NCBI GenBank assembly: GCA_023128895.1
Contig: JAGMDC010000011.1
Span: forward strand, 31,820-95,819
Length of the DNA: 64,000 nt
Reading direction: 5' to 3'
From: Candidatus Parcubacteria bacterium
GTDB taxonomy: Bacteria; Patescibacteriota; Minisyncoccia; Minisyncoccales; JAGMDC01
In this document: positions 27,542 through 35,363 of the stretch, piece after piece
Numbering within the stretch: position 1 is the stretch's first letter
How the letters are laid out: every line of letters begins with the position of its first letter
Position numbers and translations under genes: made by a program
Notes under the pieces: model-generated
What the model saw: the letters and a program-made list of their open reading frames with translations, nothing else
What the model was told of the DNA's origin: nothing
Database searches by the model: none

Positions 27542-27569
27542 AGTTTACTCATTCCAAAAACCTTGTCAA
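27542..27569 (-). promoter_or_regulatory. island promoter block, copy 1
   Basis: The minus strand reads GGGTTGACAAGGTTTTTGGAATGAGTAAACT (TTGACA, 16 nt, TAAACT). It is near-identical at 40015-40042 and related at 34821-34848 and 33015-33043. Confidence 0.6.
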
Positions 27570-27578
27570 CCCAGTCAC

Positions 27579-27652
27579 AACTATCGAGGTTGAACCTCGA
27601 TAGTTATTCGATAGTTATTTGCCATAATTATCGAGGTTGAACCTCGATAGTT
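27579..27652. promoter_or_regulatory. two 27-bp perfect palindromes immediately upstream of the promoter -35
   Basis: AACTATCGAGGTT-G-AACCTCGATAGTT lies at 27579-27605. AATTATCGAGGTT-G-AACCTCGATAGTT lies at 27626-27652. CGATAGTT-like half-sites sit between and after them. Confidence 0.6.
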
Positions 27653-27699
27653 TTCAAACCTCCATAGTTTTCAATGATTTTCCTTTTTTCCGGCATAAA

Positions 27700-28539
27700 T
27701 TACTTATCTTTTAACTTTTTTTGTTCTTGAACCAATTTAAAATTATACTTGCTTATCGCTCGCTTGCCCGTCTTAGCTTCAATTTGTTTGCGAGCGTTGC
27801 CGGCAATACCGCCGCCATCTCGCGCTACTCGCCGATTTTCTGGAAGATTTTTCGGTTCGCGCTTATGCGATATTTCAGTGGTTGCGGTTTCGGCAAGCAT
27901 ATTAAGCACTAATTCCAAATTTGTCATATTGTCACGCAGACTTTCTTTTTTAAGTCTTTTGAAATTTTTATACTCGCGCGTGCCCATACCCGCCCAAGCT
28001 AAAGTAATGTCGTCAGTCAAAATAGCAAATTCGTCGCCTTGCTTAACACCACGCTTTTCCCATTCATCGGTTAATGCCTTTCTTATTTCAATGCTTTTCA
28101 AACGTTGATTTATCCAATTGTCGCTATACCCCTTCTTGCGATAGGTGTTTAATGCGCGGTTAATAGCCAACTCTGGATCATGCATTTCTTCTATGCGTTC
28201 ATAGCCCACGCGAGCAAGCCAAAGCTTAAATGGCTCGGCATTAGGCGATGGTATAGATTGAATTAAACGAAGCATAATTTCAGTGTCAGCAACATCTGTA
28301 AGCCGCATTTTTCCGTCTGCGGCTAACATTTTGAAACCGTGACATTTTGTCACGGTTTCATTCCCTCCCTCTTTTTTTAATCTTTCTTTAAGTTTTCTCC
28401 AATATTCCTGAGGGCTAACACTTTCAGAAAGTGCTGCCACCACATCAACCACGGAAAAATACCACTTTTCTTGTTTTTCATTCCAGTGGCGTCTTATTTT
28501 TTTACCCTTAAAAATTGCGATGCGTTTTTCTTTTTTCAT
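27700..28539 (-). CDS. BRO-N domain / DinD-like protein
   Basis: 279 aa. N-terminal FKGKKIRRHWNEKQEKWYFSVVDVVAAL, typical of Bro-N/DNA-damage-inducible protein D family proteins. It forms its own transcription unit between two terminators. Confidence 0.6.
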   Translation of the reverse strand: MKKEKRIAIFKGKKIRRHWNEKQEKWYFSVVDVVAALSESVSPQEYWRKLKERLKKEGGNETVTKCHGFKMLAADGKMRLTDVADTEIMLRLIQSIPSPNAEPFKLWLARVGYERIEEMHDPELAINRALNTYRKKGYSDNWINQRLKSIEIRKALTDEWEKRGVKQGDEFAILTDDITLAWAGMGTREYKNFKRLKKESLRDNMTNLELVLNMLAETATTEISHKREPKNLPENRRVARDGGGIAGNARKQIEAKTGKRAISKYNFKLVQEQKKLKDK

Positions 28540-28611
28540 AATTCTTCATTTTATCATAGCACAAAACGCCATAAAATGAATACCTGTAGAAAAACAAAAA
28601 ATCGGAAGCCC

Positions 28612-28666
28612 AAACAAAAAATCGGAAGCCCAGCTTCCGATTTTTTCTGCAGGGGTCAGACCCCTG
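28612..28666 (-). terminator. tandem hairpin terminator after the vWA gene
   Basis: caggggt-cag-acccctg (28650-28666) is followed on the minus strand by aaaaaatcggaagc-uggg-cuuccgauuuuuuguuu (28615-28646). Confidence 0.65.
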
Positions 28667-28679
28667 TAAGTTTTAAAAT

Positions 28680-31600
28680 TTATTCTCTCCTGCCAATCAA
28701 AGCTTTAGTCAAGCGCAGAATCATTAATCCTAATATAATGCCAAACAGGAATGTAAGCGCTAATTTCCAGCCATGTAAATTGCTGAAAAATGTTCCGATT
28801 CCGGCTAAAAATTTTGCTTCGCCAGCCATAGCATCGGCGGAGGCGGGATCGTCTTTTGATTGGTCATGTATAACTGATGACTGATCATTTTCGTCCGCGG
28901 GTAATAATGATAACTGACCATTGTCTTCAATCTTCGCAAGTTCGACTTCCGAAAATTCTGATTGATCATTATTCGCATAAGCGAAAGATGACATATCTGC
29001 TTTCGGTGAAATTTTTGCCACTTCATGTCTTATTGTTGCTACCTTGCTGTTTATTTCACTTATTTTTTCCGCTATTTCTTCTAAGGAAATTTCCGCTTCT
29101 TCCTGCTCTTCCTGCTCCTGCTCTTGTTCTTGCTCCTGTTCTTGTTCTTCTTGCTCTTCATCTTGAGCAGAGGTTTCAGAAACATCGTCATCCTCCAAAC
29201 TTGCTAAAGTTGTAAATGTGAATTCCTGACTGAAAATAGAAGGAGACGCACGAGAAATAGTCCTGTAATAATATGTTTGCTCAGGGCTTAATTCAGGGAT
29301 TACTACTGTATGAAAAGTAACTTTTGGATTAGTGTCTTGCTCAGGAGTCATATGCGCGTATCCATACATAGGCGGATTATTAGAATCAAAATTATGTATT
29401 TCGCCTTCAACTGAATAAATCACCTGGCTGCTGGCGAAAAAACTGGTTCGCCAGGTAATAGTCACGCTGTCTGCAACAATGTCTGTTGGTCTTACATCTA
29501 AAATTGAATGTGGAATTATTGCCACCCCGCCGCCACTAGGAGGAGTTGCGGCTGGCTCTGGGTCAGCAACAGGACAATTTGAATCATCGTGTTGACACTC
29601 ACCGTCAACGCAGGTATCTATTGTGCATTCAATATCGTCATCGCAAATTATAGGAGTGTATACACATTCTCCGTTAACGCAGGCGTCAGTTGTGCAAAGA
29701 TCTTCGTCATCGCAAACTATAGAAGTATATACACATTCTCCGTCAACGCAGGCGTCAGTTGTACAAGGGTCTCCGTCATCACAAACTATTGGCGTTCCCG
29801 CGCACTTGCCCCCTGAACAAATATCATTTTCTGTGCAATCAATGCCGTCATCGCATGGGTTAGTGTTGTCAATAGATTCACAAGTGTATGCTAAATTACA
29901 TATATTATTTGTGCAAGGATTACTATCGTCACAATCAGCGTCTTCATCACATTTGCAAGTAGAAGTATCGTGCTGGCAATTGCCATTAACGCAACTATCC
30001 TTTGTGCATTTAATGCCGTCATCACAATCCATTGGAGTCCCGGAGCAATCCCCGTCTAAACATACATCATCAATCGTGCAAGCGTCTTCATCGCTGCACA
30101 AAGTTCCATCTTGTTCGTTCCCTGTTATACCTGTATCAACCCATTGAAAATGTGTTGTGGTAGACTGACAATCTAAAATTATGTCGCAAAAGTAATCTAT
30201 AAATCCTTGTTCTTTCTGTTCTTTTTCTATACAAGAGCCACAATTTATCCATTTAGTATTTCCAGTATCAACCCATTCATCTTCTGAACAATTTGCGTCA
30301 TTTCGTGTGTTTACGCATTGGTCAATTTCTTCATCACAGGTATCATCTGTGCAATTAATTCCATCACCACAATCTGGCGGAGTGCCTGGTTGGCACTCAT
30401 ATGTCTCTAAATTAAATGTTTCTATCCCATTACACCATAATCCATCATCACAAGGATAATAATTACCAAAATGTTTATCAATAATATTTTCCAAACCAGC
30501 AGTTATAGTTTCTGTATATGTACTTGGTTCAAGTGTCACTGGGTCAAAAGGATAAGTTTGCTGCCAGCCGTTCTGCAAAGTTTCGCTAATAATATAATCG
30601 CCTGCTACTAAACCGGCAAATTTATAACAACCTTGCTTATCATCAATTAATTGGCTAGTTAATTGGCTTAGGTTGACTAATTGTCCTTCTGTTGTTGTGC
30701 CAGTTAAAGTAATTTCCCAGCCAGGCAAGCCAGTCAAAGGTTCTTCATCTGTAATATCGCCGTCAGCGTCAGCGTCCAAGTATTTACACCCGGAAATTGA
30801 ACCATACTGGCAAATTTCGCTGGCAATTGCCTCATAGATAGCGGCTAAATCCGAACCAGTAGGCGCGTAGTGATATTGAGCGTTAGTAGTACTAGCAATG
30901 CTTTGAAGCATTGGCTCATCTATTTTATTTTTATCACCTAATCCAATTGTAAAAATTTTATAACCCTTTGCCACGGCTTCTGCTGTTGCTATTTCAACAG
31001 CTCCAGTATTTAAATCCTTGCCGTCAGTTAAGAGAATTGCCGCTTTAATTGCCTGTGGATTGCCATTCGTCGTTAATTCAGCATTAGCCGCGTTAATCGC
31101 GCCAGCGATATCAGTCCCAGTCCCTGCCTGTGGAGTTAAGGTATCAATAGCTACATTAGTTGCGGAATGATTATTTGACAAAATCGGGTCCAAACTTGCT
31201 GTATCATTAAAAGAAACCAAAGAAGATTGGTCATCAGTTCCTAAATTATCAACAAACGCCTTTGCCGCTGTTTTTGCTAACTCAATTTTGTTTGAAACAG
31301 GAGGCGTATATTCAGGAGGAAAATTGCAGGGTGCAGCGCTGCCCTGGGTCTGTTCCAAACACCATTCTTCTGTAACATCTTCTTCGGTATAAAGAACGCA
31401 AAAGGGCACTTCATATTTTTTCCATTCACATTTGCTTAGAACTGCGCCTCCGTCCATACTACCAGTAGTATCCATTACTAAAACCACATCAAGGGCAGAA
31501 GGACAAAGTGAAAGTTCATCTGCTTGAATAAAAGGGATTAAAAACGCTGTGGCGCAAATAATCAAAGCAACAGCGCTAATCCCAGCAGCAACCTTGATTA

Positions 31601-32024
31601 TTTTTTCCTTACTTTGAATTACAAAATGTCTGACTTTTGTCATTCTGAGGGCGACTGCCTGAAGAATTTCTTGCGAACGCAAAGAATTTTGGAATAGACC
31701 CTTCACTTCGTTCAGGGTGACAATCCGAGAATTGTCAATACGCCAAAAATTCTTCTTTCCTTCTATTTTTCTTTTTGGTTTATCTTGCCAGGAAAAAGAA
31801 AGTTGGTTTTCTTTTCCAATCTTTTCTAATGAAATACTCTCTGGGTCTGCCTGCAGAACTTGCAAAGCAAGGCGGAATAATCTTAATCTCTGCTCAACTC
31901 GCTCTTTAGTATTATAAAAAACAGAAACAAGAGCAGAATATTTCTGTTTAATCTTTGAGGTTTGGATAACAAAAGAAATTCCTACTTCCCCATTTTCTGT
32001 TTTTATTCTCTTAATCTCCAACAT
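28680..32024 (-). CDS. 1114-aa double-anchored surface protein: vWA + CnaB/SdrD-B-like + ~10 Cys-rich CTxDxC repeats + Fn3-like module + acidic spacer + C-terminal TM
   Basis: The domain order is as follows. An N-terminal ~140-aa cytoplasmic segment and a TM helix (AAGISAVALIICATAFLIPFI) come first. Next is a vWA domain with MIDAS-like VLVMDTTGSMDG. A CnaB-like module follows (GCKYLDADADGDITDEE..GCYKFAGLVAGDYIISE). Then come repeats such as CDDGIDCTENDICSGGKC and CDDGDPCTTDACVDGEC. The protein ends with VTITWRTSFFASSQVIYS..YYYRTIS, an (EQ)n spacer and the C-terminal TM LALTFLFGIILGLMIL. Confidence 0.8.
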   Translation of the reverse strand: MLEIKRIKTENGEVGISFVIQTSKIKQKYSALVSVFYNTKERVEQRLRLFRLALQVLQADPESISLEKIGKENQLSFSWQDKPKRKIEGKKNFWRIDNSRIVTLNEVKGLFQNSLRSQEILQAVALRMTKVRHFVIQSKEKIIKVAAGISAVALIICATAFLIPFIQADELSLCPSALDVVLVMDTTGSMDGGAVLSKCEWKKYEVPFCVLYTEEDVTEEWCLEQTQGSAAPCNFPPEYTPPVSNKIELAKTAAKAFVDNLGTDDQSSLVSFNDTASLDPILSNNHSATNVAIDTLTPQAGTGTDIAGAINAANAELTTNGNPQAIKAAILLTDGKDLNTGAVEIATAEAVAKGYKIFTIGLGDKNKIDEPMLQSIASTTNAQYHYAPTGSDLAAIYEAIASEICQYGSISGCKYLDADADGDITDEEPLTGLPGWEITLTGTTTEGQLVNLSQLTSQLIDDKQGCYKFAGLVAGDYIISETLQNGWQQTYPFDPVTLEPSTYTETITAGLENIIDKHFGNYYPCDDGLWCNGIETFNLETYECQPGTPPDCGDGINCTDDTCDEEIDQCVNTRNDANCSEDEWVDTGNTKWINCGSCIEKEQKEQGFIDYFCDIILDCQSTTTHFQWVDTGITGNEQDGTLCSDEDACTIDDVCLDGDCSGTPMDCDDGIKCTKDSCVNGNCQHDTSTCKCDEDADCDDSNPCTNNICNLAYTCESIDNTNPCDDGIDCTENDICSGGKCAGTPIVCDDGDPCTTDACVDGECVYTSIVCDDEDLCTTDACVNGECVYTPIICDDDIECTIDTCVDGECQHDDSNCPVADPEPAATPPSGGGVAIIPHSILDVRPTDIVADSVTITWRTSFFASSQVIYSVEGEIHNFDSNNPPMYGYAHMTPEQDTNPKVTFHTVVIPELSPEQTYYYRTISRASPSIFSQEFTFTTLASLEDDDVSETSAQDEEQEEQEQEQEQEQEQEEQEEAEISLEEIAEKISEINSKVATIRHEVAKISPKADMSSFAYANNDQSEFSEVELAKIEDNGQLSLLPADENDQSSVIHDQSKDDPASADAMAGEAKFLAGIGTFFSNLHGWKLALTFLFGIILGLMILRLTKALIGRRE

Positions 32025-32034
32025 AAAAATTTAA

Positions 32035-33006
32035 TTAAAAGATAGTTTTAATTTTTTTTATTCCTATTTTCAAAAATTTGGGCTTTTTATAGAAAACAGT
32101 TAAAATGCCTGCTATGATTGCTAAAATTCCGCCAATAATAAACCATGCAAGGGTTAAATTTCCACCGCCAATAATAGCGATAGAGGCGAATAACTTACTC
32201 CAATCAAATCCAACCTGAAAGCGAAAATCGGTTTCCTTGATAACTTCGTTATTGAGCAAAACTTTAAGTTCCGCAAGATATCTGCCATTGTCCTTGCCAT
32301 CTGTAGGCCATTCAATTAAATTTTCAAAAACTTTTCTTTCAAACGGCCTTACTGGATTTTCATTTTCAGGATAGGGATAGATAACAGTACTTTGAACAAC
32401 TTTGCCAGTGTTGATTTGAGTAATCTTTAATTGGATATCCGGCTTAATTGAAACATTGCCTTGATTATTATAAATAACTTTAATTTTCAGGGGCTCATTT
32501 TTACCAACCCCATATTTTAAAGGAATGATAAAAGTATTAAAATCAAGAATCTCCTCATCGGTAACTATAATTGAAACTTCTCTGCCAATCCTTTGACCTA
32601 CAGTAATGCTCATTTCGCCTGTGTCTTTATTTTTTGTAGGCGTAGTAAAAATATACACTTTGCCGGAATATTCACCATTAGGCGCATCGCTTGGAACAGT
32701 AAATTTGACTATTGCTTTAACATAAGATTCAGCAGGAACTTGAATTTCAGTAATGGAATTTTCCAAATTTATATCATCAATCTTATAAAAACTTACCCAA
32801 TCAGCAATTTCGCCTTCTGTTTTTAATCCATAAAAAATTTCCTCATTTTCTGAATTAAATAAATCAAGAATTTTTGTTACTTGGCTGTCTCTTAAAATGT
32901 TTTCAATAATAATTGGCTTTGTCACTTGTCCAATTGCTAAAGCACTCAAAGGCAAAGCAAATGATAACACAAAAATTATTAGAATTAAATTATTTATTTT
33001 TCTCAT
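32035..33006 (-). CDS. surface protein with signal peptide, Ig-like beta-rich ectodomain and C-terminal TM anchor
   Basis: The ORF opens at GTG 33024. The ATG at 33006 gives MRKINNLILIIFVLSFALPLSALA. The C-terminal helix is WFIIGGILAIIAGILTVF followed by a basic tail. Confidence 0.6.
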   Translation of the reverse strand: MRKINNLILIIFVLSFALPLSALAIGQVTKPIIIENILRDSQVTKILDLFNSENEEIFYGLKTEGEIADWVSFYKIDDINLENSITEIQVPAESYVKAIVKFTVPSDAPNGEYSGKVYIFTTPTKNKDTGEMSITVGQRIGREVSIIVTDEEILDFNTFIIPLKYGVGKNEPLKIKVIYNNQGNVSIKPDIQLKITQINTGKVVQSTVIYPYPENENPVRPFERKVFENLIEWPTDGKDNGRYLAELKVLLNNEVIKETDFRFQVGFDWSKLFASIAIIGGGNLTLAWFIIGGILAIIAGILTVFYKKPKFLKIGIKKIKTIF

Positions 33007-33014
33007 AATGCTTC

Positions 33015-33043
33015 TTATTAACACATTCCCAAAACCTTGTCAA
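33015..33043 (-). promoter_or_regulatory. island promoter block, copy 3 (near-leaderless)
   Basis: The minus strand reads GGGGTTGACAAGGTTTTGGGAATGTGTTAATAA. The -10 ends about 8 nt before the ATG at 33006. Confidence 0.45.
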
Positions 33044-33087
33044 CCCCTTACTGCTTCGTATGTCTGAAGTAATAAGGTGGGGGCCTG

Positions 33088-33127
33088 CCCCCACACCTAA
33101 TCTGGTAATCCAGGTTAGGTGTGGGGG
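33088..33127. repeat. 40-nt GC-rich hairpin, copy 1
   Basis: cccccacacctaatctgg-taat-ccaggttaggtgtggggg. It lies downstream of the 435-aa gene. A near-identical copy is at 40043-40082. Confidence 0.75.
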
Positions 33128-33171
33128 CGCCACAAGGAACGCCCTAAAGAACTCATTTCAGCGATTAACCA

Positions 33172-34479
33172 CTAATCACTACACAAACTTGTATTAAAAA
33201 CTGCAAAATCAGCGTCTAACCATATCGTACCTGTGTAAGCACTCTGATCAATACCATGCTCCCATTTGTGCACCAAAATAACGAAATCCATTTTTTCAGT
33301 TTCTGAAAGGTCAAGAATTTCGTCTAAGATAGCGTAGTGTGAACCTATTGGGTCACCGAGATCGTCCTTATACTTGAAAGGGTCATAAAGACCGTGCCAA
33401 TCACCTGCAAGGGTGCCTACTCTGGCATCATACTGAACATTCCAGACACTGCTGCTCTGACCAAAATCCATATCGTCTTGGGCAACCTTGACGTTTAATC
33501 TGGTGTTGCCAAGATTTCTTACGGTTGGTTTACCGTCCCCAGCATGGCAAGCACTGTCATACCAATAACAGCCAGCACCTGAACATGCGGTTTCGTCCGC
33601 AAAGCCAGGACAACTATCTGGTGTGTAACCAAAATTTCTATCACCTGGAACTTGATTGCGGATATCCTTTGTTACATTTTTGTAAGTAATGTAATCAAAA
33701 TCTACTTCAAAACCGGTAAATCCCACATATTCAAAGTGATTGTCCAAAATCTCACCGGGACCATACGCATCATGAGCAGTAATCTCAACTAAGTAATCAC
33801 CAGCTGGGTGTTCCCAACTTATGGATTTGTCATCGCAGTAGACATATGCCAGTTCCTGTACTAACTGTCCGGTTGAAGGATCACAAACATCCTGGTAAAA
33901 ATCTGCGAGGTCAGTAAACATACCATTTACAGTCTCGATTACCGGTAAATCGTAGTTGCCATTTTTAATGCTGTCGCAGACCAACTGAATACCCTCATCC
34001 TTGCTTAACTGAATAAGAGTGTTTTCCTCAATGAAAGCGCCGCAGCCTCCGCTGGGATTATCTATCTCGTTAGGATCCATTGATACGTGCATAGGACTTA
34101 ATTCTGGATAATAGATGTCAGCGTAAACACCGTCAATGTCAGCAACACCGTTAAGGTCGCTGGCAATAGCGCAGACAGTATAGTTCATATCAGCATCCCA
34201 AGTACCGGGAGCATTAAACTGAGATCCAGGAGCATCGCTATCATCCTGTCCTTCTCCTCCTGATAATGCTGAACAAGCGTTATAAGTAATGCCATCTGCA
34301 TCAAAGCAGGGTCCTTTCATTTCCCATTTAGCTTTAACAAAAGGACGGTCACCACCGGCTGTGCCAATAGTTAAACCTGTCCCAACAGTAGGGTCAATAG
34401 TGCCAGCCGTACTCAAGGCTGGACCTACGGTCATGACAGCCATTGCTGCCATTAAAGTAATTGCAATTATTTTTTTCAT
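33172..34479 (-). CDS. secreted hypothetical protein (standard Sec signal)
   Basis: 435 aa. MKKIIAITLMAAMAVMTVGPALSTAG. The mature part is Asp/Gly-rich with several Cys. It has its own promoter block and a long structured leader. Confidence 0.6.
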   Translation of the reverse strand: MKKIIAITLMAAMAVMTVGPALSTAGTIDPTVGTGLTIGTAGGDRPFVKAKWEMKGPCFDADGITYNACSALSGGEGQDDSDAPGSQFNAPGTWDADMNYTVCAIASDLNGVADIDGVYADIYYPELSPMHVSMDPNEIDNPSGGCGAFIEENTLIQLSKDEGIQLVCDSIKNGNYDLPVIETVNGMFTDLADFYQDVCDPSTGQLVQELAYVYCDDKSISWEHPAGDYLVEITAHDAYGPGEILDNHFEYVGFTGFEVDFDYITYKNVTKDIRNQVPGDRNFGYTPDSCPGFADETACSGAGCYWYDSACHAGDGKPTVRNLGNTRLNVKVAQDDMDFGQSSSVWNVQYDARVGTLAGDWHGLYDPFKYKDDLGDPIGSHYAILDEILDLSETEKMDFVILVHKWEHGIDQSAYTGTIWLDADFAVFNTSLCSD

Positions 34480-34648
34480 CGTTTTTTACCTATTAATATC
34501 CACTAAGCCAATAAGCCAAGCTCAAGCTTACTGAACTTAATAAATAATAGGTATTAATTGATTTTCAAGCAGGTTTTTTTCCTGCTTCCTGGGCCGACCT
34601 TTTTTTGCTCCCTGCCCCCCACACCTTTTTCAAAAGGTGTGCGGGCAA

Positions 34649-34707
34649 TAAAAAAATGGAGCCCAAGCCAAGCGCATAACAAGTTATATGCTTGGTTCAA
34701 ACTCCAT
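34649..34707 (-). terminator. terminator-like hairpin within the ~340-nt leader of 33172-34479 (candidate attenuator)
   Basis: Minus-strand RNA reads auggaguuugaaccaagc..gcuuggcuugggcuccau followed by uuuuuuu. Two further hairpins follow at about 34560-34640. Confidence 0.45.
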
Positions 34708-34820
34708 TGATATTTTTGGACTAAATTTGTTTTCTGAATTCTATTTACATTTATCACTAATCTATTATCTAGTCCTCCTCTAGATAAATAAACTTTCTAT
34801 TTTTTATTTTAGTATTTTTT

Positions 34821-34848
34821 AGTTTATACAATCATAAAACCTTGTCAA
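34821..34848 (-). promoter_or_regulatory. island promoter block, copy 2
   Basis: The minus strand reads GGACTTGACAAGGTTTTATGATTGTATAAACT (TTGACA, 16 nt, TAAACT). The -35 overlaps the SipW stop codon. Confidence 0.5.
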
Positions 34849-35363
34849 GTCCTATCGCCGATTTCCTTTCCTTTCCTAACTTCTTTAACAATCTTATAAA
34901 TTTCATCGCCAATAATCGCTGCTGCCGGGATGCCGATTATCAATAAAAATCCCAATGGTTTGCGGGCAAAATCTACAGCAAGGCCCAGATACGGAACATC
35001 AAACAATACCTTTCCAACAATATCTTTTTCCGTAATTTCCCGCGCGTCAGGCGCGTTGTTAGTATCCCCTTTTGTGATATAAACAGGTTTGCCTTCAACC
35101 ACTTTCATCTCGTGAATTCTATGCGTTATGGGTGGGACATCCTTGTTTGCTGACTCAAAAGTAATTATATCCCCTATTCTATATTGGCTAACCGGCTTTA
35201 CAACAACAATGCTTCCTATCTTGATTTCCGGGTCCATTGACCCGGACAGCACGGTCAAAACCTTAAAATTTCCTGAAATCGGCAGAACAGACACAATCAG
35301 CAAGAGCGCAATCAAACCCAGAAACCCGACGACAACATAGTAAATTATTTTCAAAATCTTCAT
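34845..35363 (-). CDS. sipW: signal peptidase I, archaeal/ER (SipW) type
   Basis: 172 aa. N-terminal TM helix, LSGSMDPEIKIGS (catalytic Ser box), ITHRIHE (His box), KGDTNNAPD, and a C-terminal TM helix. Its start overlaps the upstream ORF by 4 nt. Confidence 0.85.
   Translation of the reverse strand: MKILKIIYYVVVGFLGLIALLLIVSVLPISGNFKVLTVLSGSMDPEIKIGSIVVVKPVSQYRIGDIITFESANKDVPPITHRIHEMKVVEGKPVYITKGDTNNAPDAREITEKDIVGKVLFDVPYLGLAVDFARKPLGFLLIIGIPAAAIIGDEIYKIVKEVRKGKEIGDRT

Noticed and set aside
27700-28539. BRO-N gene considered as a marker of an intact prophage or integrative element spanning the island.
   Set aside because: No integrase, recombinase, capsid, terminase or att-like direct repeats are visible anywhere in 21-42 kb. 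Only indirect signs of mobility are present (Fic genes, MITEs, iteron-like repeats).
29580-30465. Cys-rich repeat array considered as a diversity-generating retroelement target or variable region.
   Set aside because: No reverse transcriptase and no template-repeat/variable-repeat pair with adenine-specific differences are visible in the window. The repeats look like ordinary tandem domain duplication.
34554-34757. 67-aa minus-strand ORF in the leader of the 435-aa secreted protein gene.
   Set aside because: It overlaps three strong hairpins, including a terminator-like stem with a U-run. Its composition is odd and it has no SD sequence. I read the region as structured 5' UTR.
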